Shown here: positions 38,575 to 52,130 of the stretch, one piece after another
Layout of the letters: each line of letters begins with the position of its first letter
Position numbering within the stretch: position 1 is the first letter of the stretch
NCBI RefSeq assembly: GCF_006345805.1
Contig: NC_042999.1
Span: forward strand, 129,208,001-129,272,000
DNA: 64,000 nt
Origin: Octopus sinensis
Taxonomy: Eukaryota
Direction of reading: 5' to 3'
The notes under the pieces: model-generated
Told to the model about the DNA's origin: nothing
Databases searched by the model: none
What the model saw: only the letters and a program-made list of their open reading frames with translations
Position numbers and translations under genes: made by a program

Positions 38575-39628
38575 ATAGAGAGAATTAAAACATTTGGACA
38601 GATAGACAATACATAGGTGGACAAGAGAAACAACAATTAGAAGAACAGGCAAAACAAAGGCAGGTCATTCTTGGCTTTCTTTCATCAGTCAAGTCCCAGA
38701 AGTCACGACCATTTCAGGCAGTTACACTTGAGATGGTTCAATCTGGTTGTCCCCCAAAAAAGTATAAGCTAAGAGCATTAGACCCTTTTGTAAGAAAGCT
38801 AGCGAATGTGTACGGTAACAAAAGCAAAAAAAAAACAAATAAATAAAAACAGAGAACATGGTATACAATTACAAATACAAACAACAAGAAATAACAACTG
38901 GCGTCTTTCAACTGAGAATGAATCAAATTGAGCTGGCATGTATGAAGTGAAAGCCTAAAGGCAGGAACATGGGAGGCGAACACAAGAAGTGTTGACGGTT
39001 GGCAGTCAGGCCAAGAAAGAAAGATCATGGCTGGCCAGACACCAGTCATGTGAAAGGAGGAGAGATGGGTAGGAAACAGCGGGATTGAAGGATTAGAAAA
39101 AAAAATTAGAGACAGAGAGAAAGGCACAGGGGAGATAAACTAGTGGGAGTTAAAGAAAGAGAGGGCCAAGAAATGTGAAAGAGGGGAGTGAGAAAAAGGA
39201 AGGAAAATGAGAGGGAGAATAAAAGATAGAGTAAGAGTCGTACAAAATTTAGATACATACTTTCTATAAGGTAAGTAGAAGGGTGTACATACACCGCTAC
39301 ATATATGTGTATATATATATATATATATAAATGGAACAAAAACACAGTATAGAGCATTAAAACATTCGGACAGATAGATGATACATAGGCAGACAAGAGA
39401 AACAACAATTAGAAGGACAGGCAAAAAGAGACAAGTCATTCTTGGCTTTCTTTCATCAGTTAAGTCCCAGAAGTTATGACCATTTCAGGCAGTTACACTT
39501 GAGATGGTTCGATCTGGTTGTCCCCAAAAAGTCTAAGCTAAGAGCATTAGACCCCTTTGTAGAAAAGCTAGCGAATGTGTACAGTAACAAAAACAAATAA
39601 ACAAAAAGTGGAGAACATGGTACACAAT
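38575..39628. repeat. ~290-bp direct repeats (about 38575-38870 and 39350-39628) flanking ~480 bp; pLTR/LTR-like layout
   Basis: Both copies contain cattcttggctttctttcatcag..aagtcccagaag..accatttcaggcagttacacttgagatggttc.atctggttgtcccc. Confidence 0.75.
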
Positions 39629-39645
39629 TATGAATGTATGTATGT

Positions 39646-39676
<31 letters not shown>

Positions 39677-39769
39677 CACACAGACATACACCTTTAATTT
39701 TCAAAATCTTTTATTTAATATGCAAAGCGAATATTTGAAATGTAATCGATAGGTAGGACTACATACTAT

Positions 39770-39960
39770 AGTATTTAGTTGACATTCCCTTTGCAGTTTT
39801 TAATTCAGAAACTCTTTTTGGCATTGAACTGATGAGCTTTGTGATTGTCTCTTGTGGAATTTCTGCCCACTTTTCATGCAACAACCGAAACAATTCATCT
39901 TTAGATTTAGGTTTCTGTTGAGTTTTTTTGTATAGCTCTATCCAGTATGCTCCAAAGCAT
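39770..39960 (-). mobile_element. Tc1-family transposase C-terminal fragment
   Basis: LWSILDRAIQKTQQKPKSKDELFRLLHEKWAEIPQETITKLISSMPKRVSELKTAKGMSTKY*. Confidence 0.85.
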
Positions 39961-40460
39961 ACTGGATAGAGCTGTAACTATTGACAGGAGGAGATCCAGT
40001 TGTTTTGAAGACACCTTCATGCACCCCATGTAGGTCTCTTTTTTGGAGGATACTGAAGAGTTGTGAGCCTTTGAAACCCAAGTTGTTGCATTATCTCATC
40101 CTGTATCCAAATGGCAATTTTGGGACCTTTGGCACTATGCAGTGGCACCCCATTTTGCTGTTTGTCTAACTTTCAATGCAAAAGTTTAGTACATGTCTTC
40201 CCTGGATTTTCCAAGTGTATATTATTGCATATATTTCCTTCCTTCATTTTAGGGAGTAGCGACTTTTCAACCTCTCTCAGTAGCTGACATATCACATTGA
40301 GATGATCATTGTGTAGCTTCACTGGATTGTTTTGAGTTCCGCTGTTAATTTTACACTGTGTGGTGAACATAGTTGGGAGCATTAGTCTAAATGGTTAAGA
40401 ATAAATTCCTACAAAGGACCATCTTAGTTTCCCGTTCTTTCATTGTTAAAGTTCTAAGAA

Positions 40461-40700
40461 TCATTTGGCTAATTGCCTGCATTTTATTAAAGATGCATCA
40501 TTACTCATGTCAAAGCCCAGGTCATGCAGAGATTTTGATTCAGTGATCACAGTACTTCCTGGGTCAGTGTATCCTGTTTGCATTTCATTCAGCTTCATGT
40601 ACTGGTAGTGCAGGGCTTGGGATTTTCCAGAATTAAACTGCCTGCTATTGTCTTCAGCCCACCAATATATTGTGTCCAACTTCTGTTGCAAGTGCACAAC
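40461..40700 (-). mobile_element. Decayed CR1/L2-type RT fragment
   Basis: LQQKLDTIYWWAEDNSRQFNSGK...LHDLGFDMS is homologous to LQKDLTTIYKWQETNNMLFNDKK...VKDLGIHM in the 8.2-9.3 kb element. Confidence 0.7.
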
Positions 40701-40966
40701 ATCTCCAGAGTTCTGTATCCTCTGAGAGACTTTTGTATCATTTGCATTACAAACAAGAGTGGGTATTAATCAAAGTTTACAGTATCGTATATCCATTACA
40801 GCCAACTTTACTAATCAGTTTTGCACTGGGTTTTAAACTGGGTGTTAGATACCAGTGTAGTTACATAATACTGCTTGCTCATCAGAACTAGCAGGTATGG
40901 AAAAATATGACTGCAGTCACCATATTTTTTTCTATAAAAACAAACTTATATATATAATGACACTGA

Positions 40967-41607
40967 TCATCATCCTCATCATCATCATCATCATCATCGT
41001 TTAACGTCCACTTTCCATGCTAGCATGGGTTGGACGGTTCAACTGGGGTCTGGGAAGCCCGAAGGCTGCACCAGGCCAGTCAGATCTGGCAGTGTTTCTA
41101 CAGCTAGATGCCCTTCCTAACGCCAACCACTCCGTGAGTGTAGTGGGTGCTTTTTATGTGCCACCGACACAGGTGCCAGACGAGGCTGGCGAACGGCCAC
41201 GCTCGGGTGGTGTTTTTTACATGCCACCGGCACGGAGGCCAGGCGAGGCTGGCACGGCCACGATCGGATGGTGTTTGTTACGTGCCACCAGCACAGAGGC
41301 CAGTCAATGCGGTACTGGCTATGGCCACGTTCGGATGGTTTTCTTATGTGCCACCGGCACTGATACCACAAAACTACAAATTCCATTGATGTTCATCAAT
41401 TTTGATTTGATTTGATTTTCACTTGCCTCAACAGGTCTTCACAAGTAGAGTTATGTGTTCCAAGAAGGAAGGTATGCACAGGTGGACTGACTACGTCCCA
41501 GGTAGGGGCCATGGGTTATGGCCTCACTTGTCCTGCCGGGTCTTCTCGCACACAGCATACTTCCAAAGGTCTCGGTCTCTGGTCATTTCCTCGGTGAGAC
41601 CTAAAGT
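40967..41607 (-). mobile_element. 5'-truncated RTE 3' end with an unexpanded (~550 bp) UTR
   Basis: Tail, a single UTR unit, then the last ORF codons (ggtcatttcctcggtgagacctaaagt). Confidence 0.9.
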
Positions 41608-43149
41608 GCGTATTTAATGTTCATATTCCCTGGTAGCATAGACTGAATGGTTTGACAAGATCTAACAGGTGCAAGGAAGCAACATGCTTCAATGAGTGCT
41701 TTGACAGGATCTCTACAGCTAGATGTCCTTCCTAATGCTAAACCACTATCCAGGGTGTAATGTGTGCTTTTCCATAGTATCAGAACTCATGAAGTCACCA
41801 GACAGAATTAATATCTTCTTTGACTGAATGAGGCTACAGTAGAGAGGAGGGTGGCTTTATGCTAGAATATGATGGGTTAAAGCAGTTCTCAATCAGGGTC
41901 CACATGGACATCCATATAAGATTTTGTTGTTAAATTTCATATGCAATAAATTGGTTACATTTCTACAATATACAAAATAATTTAAACAATTTTTTGTACA
42001 GTCCCTAATAATATTTTATTATAAAAATACAAAAGGATTTTGTTATTTACAACAAATGACAATGGAGGTAAAGTATGAGAGAAGGGACCAGAACAGAAGT
42101 GGTTTCTCACTGTAGAGGAGCAACATGGCAACTCACATTAGGGAAGGAAGGGTGGGAGTGAGAGGGATGGAACTGGAAAGAGATAAAATAGCAATGACGG
42201 AAGTGTTAGTCTGGACTTTCAAGATAGGAAGTGAGTGAGGACAGGAGAACAGAAAGTGTGGTTAGCTTGAGATTGCAAGAGTGCATGCAAGAGGGATGGA
42301 GACTAGGTGAGGAGATGAATATAATGAAGAATAATGAAGAATTGGGGGATGATAAATAGGGAAGATAAGAAAGAGCAGATGACAACTGTTGGGTAGGGCT
42401 GAGGTATGGATGTAATGAATGGTGGATAAGAGGTGGGGTGAACAATGATATGTATGAGTTGGAGGGGAGGTGAGGAAAAGTAGGAAATGACTGAAGTGCA
42501 GAAAAAGTGTGGGTGAAGGACAGAAAATAGTAATAGTAGTTCAGTAGATAGGGAAAGGATGAGAGAGGACATTAGAAAGAGAGGGGTAGGGAGAGAGAGA
42601 TGATGTGTGGTTGAGAGTGATCAATGTAAGATGTGGGTGGAGAGGACAGTATGAAGACTGAATGATGGATAAGTTAAATGTTCCCTGATAGTAAGAAGGA
42701 TAAGTGGTATCAGGGTAAAAACTGAAGTATGCAGTTTTGCTCACATTTAATTACAGCAGCAGAATACTATAGTTAGAGAGATGATAGGTATTGGAGATGT
42801 CTTGAGTAGGAAATTGGGTAGGTGGGACAGTTGTATATGTACACACACACACACACACATCATTTAATATACACAGGATTTGAAATGAACTACTTTAAAT
42901 TTCATGCTTTCAATTGTACTATATTTGGGTGTGCTTGTATAGCATGCTTTGTAATATCAGGCAATCTTTCAGACTCTACTGAAGAGTACACACAGCATGC
43001 TATGTTCTGAGTTTAAATATTACTCAGGTTCTACTTTTCCTTTCATCCTTCTGAATTGATAAAATAATTACAAGTCAATACAGGTGTTGAAATATTGACT
43101 ATAACTGAGAAAATGACTCTCCAGAATGGCCACAGTAACAATTCAAAGT

Positions 43150-43594
43150 GAATTACTCTTTTGCAATCCCTCCGGATAGAGAGAAGAACCTTTTTCCCAT
43201 GAAGTTCCCTTCTCGGTTGTGGTTCCCTTTTACCAAGCCACTGTTTATGACGTTTAGCATTTCAACAGAAGATCCATTTTTCATCACCAGTCACAAGTCT
43301 ATCCAAAAAGGGTGAAATGAGTTCACGAGAATGGAGAGAAGAGCAGATGTCAACTTGAGATATGCGGTTGCTTTTGGACAATTCATGTGGCACCCATTTT
43401 CCAAGTTTAGGAACCTTTCCAAGTTGTTGAAGATAACTATGAACAGTTGTATGGTTTGAACTAAGCTTTATTGCCAATTCTTCATAAAATACATAAAAAT
43501 AATTTTTAATTCCATTAGACATTCTAAAATACCATTAAATTTCATTCAATTTTAAAAATGGGTTAAATTGGACAGAACTTATGGGATGACTTGA
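43150..43594 (-). mobile_element. Internally deleted mariner 5' fragment with TIR
   Basis: LGKVPKLGKWVPHEL...FLDRLVTGDEKWI. TIR tcaagtcatcccataagttc next to TA at 43595-96. Confidence 0.85.
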
Positions 43595-45198
43595 TAACAT
43601 TTAAGGGGATGAGGCTAACTAATTAGATTGATCCCAATACTCAACTGATACTTATTTTTTCGACCCTGAAAAGATGGAAAGCAAAGTCAACCTCGATGTG
43701 GAATTATTTATATATGTATATAATGAAAATCATTTCCCTGTGGCCTCTCTTTTCAAGAAAATGATACTGAAGTATTTGAATTACTTTATAGCTTCAATAT
43801 GTAACCCATTCAATGATATAGGTGACACTCACTTTTATGTGAGAGTCTCTATAAATAGTAACCAAATCATTTTCAAAATTACACTTGATTGTCTTCAAAA
43901 AGGAAGTACGTATTTGATCATTCAATTACAACTAGACTGTGTCTGAAAGACAATACAGGAATAGTCACAACTTGTCATAGGTATCTTAGACTACAGCTTG
44001 ACTTTGGGCTAAACAACAATTGATTTTATTTCTTTTTCTTAAATGGAATTAAAAGTGTGACATTAAAGAATTAATGATTTACCCCAATACTAAGAAATAC
44101 CCCGCCACACTTTGTATTTCCCCACCTAAATTCTCTTTTTCTTTCTTTTTTTTTCTTTTTGCATGAAAGGGTGAGGTCAAGAGAAATCAAGGTCAACAAT
44201 GTAGCATTCAAATAGTTACACTCCAATAAAGAAAGTGAATCAATCAATGGCTGTTCCTTATCAGTTGTTTATTAATAGGTAAATTCAGACAAAGGTATTA
44301 AAGGTGCAAAGGAGTGGTCAAGCACAGCGACTTCTTCCTGAAATACTAAGAAATATAATAACTCTTATAAATATAGAAGTGAGTGAGACAGGAAAAAGAT
44401 TAGTCACTTGTGGAAGGATTGGTATAAAAGTCACACCTTAGCAATCCCAATCTCTCAATATCTTGAATTAAATGAATTACATTATGAGGTAAGTTTTTAC
44501 AGATATTGATCTATGTGTGTGTGGTGCATGTTTTTTTTGTGTGTATATATATATATATAAGCATCCTTACACCCACCTGTATGTCTACATTCCATTATAG
44601 TCTAAGTCAGTTCATGTTGGTGACATGGGTAACCATGTCTGTACAGTATGACTGGAGTATTTTGAATAAAGTGGAGAATAAAACAGAAAACAAATATCAG
44701 ATGAGGAGTCAAAGGAATTAGGAATTAGATAATATTCAAACTAGTTCCAGCGGTCCTGACCCATCCAACTTTAACAGTGGCTATCATAAATTAACGAAAG
44801 GCAGTTTATGTTGATGGCTTGGATGGATATCCCAACATGAAAGAGAATAACTTGTTCTCAAATATATATACATACATATATATAGTTATGCTAAATTCTG
44901 TTAAAAACATAGTAGAGTACAGTATAAAGCTCACCCACCTTCAGATTTCATCCAGTGCTATCCACTTGTAGTATTATACACATTCCAGGTTTGTGTTTGG
45001 GCTTCTGTTATATGTGAATAGATAATTGAAAAAATTGGAATCATCAAGAAGGAGTATGGTTGGACATTTATTTTCAGTAACTACAATTGTTTCTATACAA
45101 TGTAGTTCTCCAGGCATGCAGGTACTTGATTATGCAACCGTTTCCTTGCATTATGAGATCTAGTTGTGTTTCTTTAGGTGATACATATATATATATAT

Positions 45199-47066
45199 AT
45201 CGACTGGCCTCCGTGCTGTGGGCACAACAAACACCATCCGATCGTGGCCGTTCGCCAGCCTCATCTGGCACCTGTGTCGGTGGCACATAAAGACACCATC
45301 CGAAGACCCGGCGACGTAGTCAGTCCACCTGTGCATACCTTCCCTCTTATGACACTTGTGAAGACCTGTTGAGGCAAGTGTGTGACACTTGTGAAGACCT
45401 GTTGAGGCAGAGGCAAGTGTGTGACACTTGTGGAGACCTGTTGAGGCAAGTGTGTGACACTTGTGAAGACCTGTTGAGGCAAGTGAAAATCAAACCAAAT
45501 CAAAATAGATGAACATCAATGGAATTTGTATCTTTGTGGTTCCAGTACCGGTGGCACACAAGAAAACCATCCGAACGTGGCCGTAGCCAGTACCGCATCG
45601 ACTGGCCTCCGTGCTGTGGGCACAACAAACACCATCTGATCGTGGCTGTTCGCCAGCCTCATCTGGCACCTGTGTCGGTGGCACATAAAAACACCATCCG
45701 AAGACCCGGCGACGTAGTCAGTCCACCTGTGCATACCTTCCTACTTATGACACTTGTGAAGACCTGTTGAGGCAAGTGTGTGACACCTACTTATGACACT
45801 TGTGAAGACCTGTTGAGGCAAGTGTGTGACACTTGTGTAGACCTGTTGAGGCAACTGAAAATCAAATCAAATCAAATCAAACCAAATCAAAATAGATGAA
45901 CATCAATGGAATTTGTATCTTTGTGGTACCAGTACCGTTGGCACACAAGAAAACCATCCGAACGTGGCCGTAGCCAGTACCGCATCGACTGGCCTCTGTG
46001 ACGTGGGCACATAACAAACACCATCCGATCGTGGCCGTTCGCCAGCCTCATCTGGCACCTGTGTCGGTGGCACATAAAAACACCAACCGAAGACCCGGCA
46101 AGACTAGTCAGGCCATAACCCGTGGCCCCTACTTGGGACGTAGTCAGTCCACCTGTGCATACCTTCCTTCCTTCCTGTGACACTTGTGAAGACCTGTGAA
46201 GACCTGTTGAGGCAAGTGAAAATCAAATCAAATCAAATCAAAATAGATGAACATCAATGGAATTTGTATCTTTGTGGTACCAGTGCCGGTGGCACACAAG
46301 AAAACCATCCGAACGTGGCCGTAGCCAGTACCGCATCGACTGGCCTCCGTGCTGTGGGCACGTAACAAACACCATCCGATCATGGCCGTTCGCCAGCCTC
46401 ATCTGGCACCTGTGTCGGTGGCACATAAAAACACCATCCGAAGACCCGGCAAGACTAGTCAGGCCATAACCCGTGGCCCCTACCTGGGACGTAGTCAGTC
46501 CACCTGTGCATACCTTCCTTCTTGTGACACTTGTGAAGACCTGTTGAGGCAAGTGAAAATCAAATCAAAACAAATCAAAATAGATGAACATCAATGGAAT
46601 TCGTATCTTTGTGGTACCAGTGCCGGTGGCACACAAGAAAATCATCCGAACGTGGCCGTAGCCAGTACCGCATAGACTGGCCTCCGTGCTTTGGGGACGT
46701 AACAAACACCATCCGATCGTGACCGTCCGCCAGCCTCATCTGGCACCTGTGTCGGTGGCACATAAAAACACCATCCGAGCGTGGCCGTCTGCCAGCCTCG
46801 TCTGGCACCTGTGTCGGTGGCACATAAAAACACCACCCGAGCGTGGCCGTTCGCCAGCCTCGTCTGGCACCTGTGTCGGTGGCACATAAAATCACCCACT
46901 ACACTCTCGGAGTGGTTGGCGTTAGGAAGGGCATCCAGCTGTAGAAACACTGCCAGATCTGACTGGCCTGGTGCAGCCTTCGGGCTCCCCAGACCCCAGT
47001 TGAACCGTCCAACCCATGCTAGCATGGAAAACGGACGCTAAATGATGATGATGATGATGATGATGA
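45199..47066 (+). mobile_element. RTE 3'UTR higher-order tandem array (no ORF) with (TGA)n tail, inserted in a (TA)n tract
   Basis: Reverse complement of the 18160-20010 array. Flanked on both sides by atatatatatatc. Confidence 0.92.
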
Positions 47067-47809
47067 TATATATATATATCAAATGGATATGTTATAAAAC
47101 CTTTCCGCATATACAATAACAGCCATACCAACAATCCAACATACTGCCATCATCAGCTTCCCCATGGATATCACTATGTTTCGATACCTGGGCAGAACTA
47201 TTCAATCTGGCGGTGTCAACAGCACTAAAATAAGTGTTGATTGGGAACAAACATACCTTAGATATCACCACATTCATTCAATATTAATTCTAGGAAGGAT
47301 TAAACACTTGCATTATTAATTAGACTACAACAAAGAAACACATTTACTCTATGTACAAAAGCAGTATCGGTAAATAAATTCAATAAATAAACCTATAACT
47401 AACTCCTAAAATATCTGACTAAATAGTGACCTAGCCCTTGAAGTCCATACAGATTATATTCCCACAGTCTTCCATACCTATTAATATAAATGTGAAAGCT
47501 TTTATATTTTATTCTCTCCAAAAAACAAACTCAATTCAACTTAACTAATAATATAACTTATTCTGAGTAAATTACACTAGTTCATAATCCAAAAGTTAAA
47601 AATTAAAGCACTATATACATATTAAATATTTGTTATCCTTACATGCGTTAATGTTAAACTTATACCAGTAACTTAAGAGATAATATATATATATATATTT
47701 TAAAGCTGAGAATGATAGTCTTAATCTGAATAAAGTTTAACGTTGTATTGCATCATATTGTATTAATATAGTTTTTAATTTATGATGAAAACTGCTAACA
47801 GTGGATGGC

Positions 47810-48108
47810 AGAATTGATAGGGAGTCAGACAAAATGCACTATGATATTTATCCGTTATGACCTAAGTTCAAATCTTGTCCAGGTTGACTCTGACTTTCAA
47901 TTGTCAAGGGATTGATAAAATAAGTTCCACTCAAGTACTGGAGTTGTTGAGATTGGCAAAAACCATTAGAACATCAGTATTCATTCCTGCTCTTTACATT
48001 CTGAGTTCAAATGTCACCAAGGTCACATTTACCTAACACTAGGATCATTGTAATTGACTAGCTCCATATCCCACCCATCTCCAACACAGAATTTCAAGCC
48101 TTGCACCA

Positions 48109-48150
<42 letters not shown>

Positions 48151-49770
48151 AATAATAATTCTGCTGAGGTCGACTTTGCCTTTCATCCTTTTGGGGTTGA
48201 TAAAATAAGTACCAGTGAAACACTGGGGTCGCCATAATTGACTTACACACTCACCACAAATTTCAGGCCTTGTGCCTTTATTAGAAAGGACTATTATTGT
48301 TATTATTATTATTATTATTTATATGGTTAGAAATGTTGGCAGAATTGTTAGAGCATGGACAAAATGTGATATTTCTTCTGACTCATTAATTTCTAAGTTC
48401 AAATTCTAAATAGTTTGACTTTGTCTTTCATCCTTCTGGGGTCAATGAAATAATTACTTATTGAGCACTGGGATTCATGCAATCAACTAACCCCAACATC
48501 CAAAATTTCAGGCCTTGTACTTTAGTAGAAAGGATTATTACTGGTGACATGGCAGAATTGTTAGAATGCCAGGCAAAATACTTGGCAGCATTTCGCCTGT
48601 CTTCACATTCTAAGTTCAGATTCTGCCAAGGTCAACTTTGCCTTTCATCCTTTCAGGGTCAATAAAATAACTATCATTGGAACACTGGTGTCGATGTAAT
48701 TGACTTATCCCCTCCCCCAAAACTGCTACCCTTGTGGCAAAATTTGAAATCATTGTTACCTCTGCCTTAGCAAAGGCAAAGGTATTGTTTTCAGTCATGT
48801 TTGTTTGTCTGTGGACAAGATATCTCAAGAACCGCTCAATGGATTCGGATGAGAGCTAGGTAAGGAGTGAGACCTAGGCAAGGAGTGAGAGCGAGGCAAG
48901 GAGTGAGAGTGAGGCAAGGAGTGAGAGTGAGGCATAGTGAATGAAAGAGGAAATGGGAGAAAGAAAGAGATGTAAATTGGTTTGTTGGGGTAGTGTGAGG
49001 GGAAAAGTTTTCTTGTTATATGTGGGTGGAACACCCAGGTCAGACACTAGCAAAAGGCAATAACAGAATGAGATAAGGCATGTAGGTAGAACGCACAGGT
49101 TGGGGGCAAGCAGAGAGCAATGACATAGTGGCACTGGGCCAAGCGGACATGATTGGGGAGTGGGAAGTAATCATAGTACATGAAGCAGAAATTTGAGTAA
49201 GAGAAGGGATGTAGACATAGTTTGGTTCATTGTGGTAGAGTGTGTGAGGTTTTCTATATATTATTATCATTACTATTATTACCATTATTATTATTATCAT
49301 CATCATCATCATTATTATTATTAAGGTGGTGAGCTAGCAAAATTGTTAGCTCACCAGGCGAAATGCTTAACAATATATCATCTGTTGCTACATTCTGAGT
49401 TCAAATTCTACCAAGATCAACTTTGCCTTTCATCCTTTCAGGGTTCATTAAATTAGTACCAGTTATGCACAGGGATTGGTGCAATTGACTTAATCCCTTC
49501 CCCCAAATTTCAGACTTTGTGCCTATAGTAGAAAGGATTATTATTATTATTAAGGCAGTGAGCTGGCAGAATCGTTAGCATACTGGACAAAGTGCTTAGC
49601 AATATCTCATCTGTGTTTATGTTCTTAGTTCTAATTCTAGTGATGTTGACTTTTCCTTTCATCCTTTCAGGGTCAATGAAATTAGAACCAGCCAGTGAAA
49701 CACTGGGGTTGATGTAATCAACTTGCCCCCTCTCCTCCAAATTTCAGGCTTTGTACCTATATTTAACAAG
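47810..49770 (+). mobile_element. Head-to-tail cluster of about 7 SINE family B copies
   Basis: Units start near 47810, 47950, 48160, 48326, 48543, 49323 and 49551. The later units begin directly after the previous (ATT)n tail. Confidence 0.85.
48858..48935. repeat. 18-bp minisatellite (aggcaaggagtgagagtg) x~4
   Basis: Directly visible. Confidence 0.9.
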
Positions 49771-49920
49771 ACCGCCACCACCACCGCCACCACCACCACC
49801 ACCATCGTCATCGTCATCATCATCATCATCATCGTCATCGTCATCGTCGTCGTTGTTGTTGTCATGATCATCATCATCATACTCATTATCATTTTCATCA
49901 TCGTCATCATCATCATTATC
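49765..49920. repeat. Mosaic trinucleotide tract (CCA/TCA/TCG/GTT)
   Basis: Directly visible. Confidence 0.9.
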
Positions 49921-50358
49921 CCATTACTGGAGTAGCTGAAATATTAGATAGAGAACAGAGATAAGTTTTTATTCTGAATTCAAATCTTCCTGCAGTTTAT
50001 TTTATCATTCATTCCTTCATGGTCATAAAAAAAATACAAAGGTTTTAATTGATTAAATCAATCCCCAGGACATATTTCAGCTAGTAATTATTTTTAAAGT
50101 ATCTATTTGTCAAACAGCTAGGTTATAGGAACTTACACTAACTGACATTAGGTGTCAAGTAGTGAGAACCAATTACAAAAATGCACACACACACACACAC
50201 ATGATGGGTTTTCATTCAGTTTCCATCAAGCAATTCTACTCACACTGCATTGGCTGGTGCAGGGCTATAGTAAAAGACATTTGTCCAAGGTGCCATTCAG
50301 TGAGAGTGAACTAGAAACCATGTGGTTCAGAAGTGAACTTCTTAACCACACAGCTCCA

Positions 50359-51024
50359 GAGGACCAAGTCCTCTGGAAGTCCTCTGGAAGTGTGCTGTGC
50401 GCGAGAAGACCCGGCAGGACAAGTGAGTCCATAACCCGTGGCCTTCTACTTGGGATGGAGCCAGCCTACGTATGCATACCTTCCCTTCTTGGGACACAAA
50501 ACTCTACTTGTGAAGACCTGTTGAGGCAAGTGAGGATCAGAATCGAAATCGATCAATGGAAATTGCAGATGTGTTACCAGTGCCGGTGGCATGTCGAAAC
50601 TCTACTTGTGAAGACCCGTTGAGGCAAGTGAGGATCAGAATGGAAATCGATCAATGGAAATTGCAGATGTGTTACCAGTGCCGGTGGCATGTAAGAGAAC
50701 CTTCCGTTTCGCGACCGTTGCCAGCACCGCCCCGTTTCGTGTCCGTTGCCAGCCTCGCCTGGCCCTTGTGCCGGTGGCACATAAAAAGCACCATCTGTTC
50801 GTGGCCGTTTGCCAGCTCTGTCTGGCACCTGTGCGGGTGGCACGTAAAAAAAGCACCCACTACACTCACGGAGTGGTTGGCGTTAGGAAGGGCATCCAGC
50901 CGTAGAAACACTGCCAGATTTGACTGGGCCTGATGAAGCCTTCTGGCTTCACAGACCCCAGTAGAACCGTCCAACCCATGCTAGCATGGAAAACGGACGC
51001 TAAACAACGATGATGATGATGATG
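50359..51024 (+). mobile_element. RTE 3'UTR insertion with 9-bp TSD ACAGCTCCA and an internal ~97-bp tandem duplication
   Basis: TSD at 50350-50358 and 51025-51033. Duplicated segment at about 50501-50594 and 50598-50692. Confidence 0.9.
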
Positions 51025-51259
51025 ACAGCTCCATCTGTGGCAAGTTGGCAGAACCATTAATTAAGCAAAAGACTTAGTGGCATTTCATACATTTTTACAT
51101 TCTGAGTTCAAATTCTTCTAAGGTTGACTTTGCTTTTCATCCTTTAGGAGTTGATGAAATAAGATCAGTTGAGCTTTGGGGGTTGATGTAATCGGCTTAT
51201 GACCACCCCCAAAATTGCTAGGCTTGTACCAAATTTTGAAAGCAATATTTCACATCTGT

Positions 51260-51489
51260 ATTCTTTTATTCTTTTACTTGTTTCAATGATTGGACTGCAG
51301 CCATGCTCCAGCATGGCCTTCAAGGGTTTTAGTCAAACAAATTGACCCCAGGACTTATTCTTTTTAAAGCCTAGTACTTATTCTATTGGTCTCTTTGGCC
51401 GAACTACTAAGTTACCGAGACATAAACACACCAACACCGGTTGTCAAGTGGTGATGGGCGGACAGACACAAAGATACACACACACACAC

Positions 51490-51521
<32 letters not shown>

Positions 51522-52130
51522 CAACAGGCTTCTTTCAGTTTCCATCTTCCAAATCCACTCACTAGGCTTTGGTCGGCCTGAAGCTATAGTAAAAGACACT
51601 TGCCCAAAGTGCCACAAAGTGGGACTGAATCTGGAACCATGTGGCTGGGAAGCAAGCTTCTTACCACATAGCTATGCCTATCTTTTATCGTTTACTTATT
51701 TCAGTCATTGGACTGCAGCCATGTTGGGGCACTACTTTTAAGGGGTTAAGCAAACAAATCAACCCCAGGACTAATATTTTAAGTGCAGCACTTATTCAAT
51801 CAGTCTCTTTTTGTTGAACTGCTAAGTTAAGGGGACATAAACAAACTAACACCAGTTGTCAAGCAGTGGTGTGGAACAAACATAAACACACACACACATG
51901 CATACACGCACACACACATGCATGCACATGCATGCACGCACATGCATGCACGCACACACACACAAATACAATGGGCTTCTTTCAGACACTGTCTATGAAA
52001 TCCACACACACGGCTTTGGTTGGCTTGGAGCTTTTGTAGAAAAGAAATTGCCCAAGGTGCTTTGCCATAGAACAGAACCTGGAACATGTAATTGGGAAGC
52101 AAACTTTTTACCACTTGGCCACATCTGCAC
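51260..52130 (-). mobile_element. Two tandem SINE family A copies
   Basis: 3' block, (CA)n and head region occur twice (51260-51670 and 51680-52130). Confidence 0.85.

Noticed and set aside
38670-38700. CUGAUGA..GAAA on the minus strand (also near 39445-39465) as a third hammerhead
   Set aside because: Only 2 nt separate the cores (no stem II), and no stem I/III pairing with a UH site was found.
42050-42830. Purine-rich strand-asymmetric tract
   Set aside because: No recognisable motif; probably a decayed retroelement or low-complexity DNA.
44760-44830. Nested stem-loop (CCATCCAA/TTGGATGG enclosing GCTATC-ATAAA/TTTAT-GATGGC), considered as a SECIS or miRNA
   Set aside because: There is no AUGA/GA quartet on either strand, the stems are short and interrupted, and no associated ORF exists.
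50930-50955. CTGATGA-AGCC-TTCT-GGCT hammerhead-like start in the RTE UTR
   Set aside because: It is followed by TCAC rather than GAAA, and sister copies read CTGGTGCAGCC, so it is coincidental.
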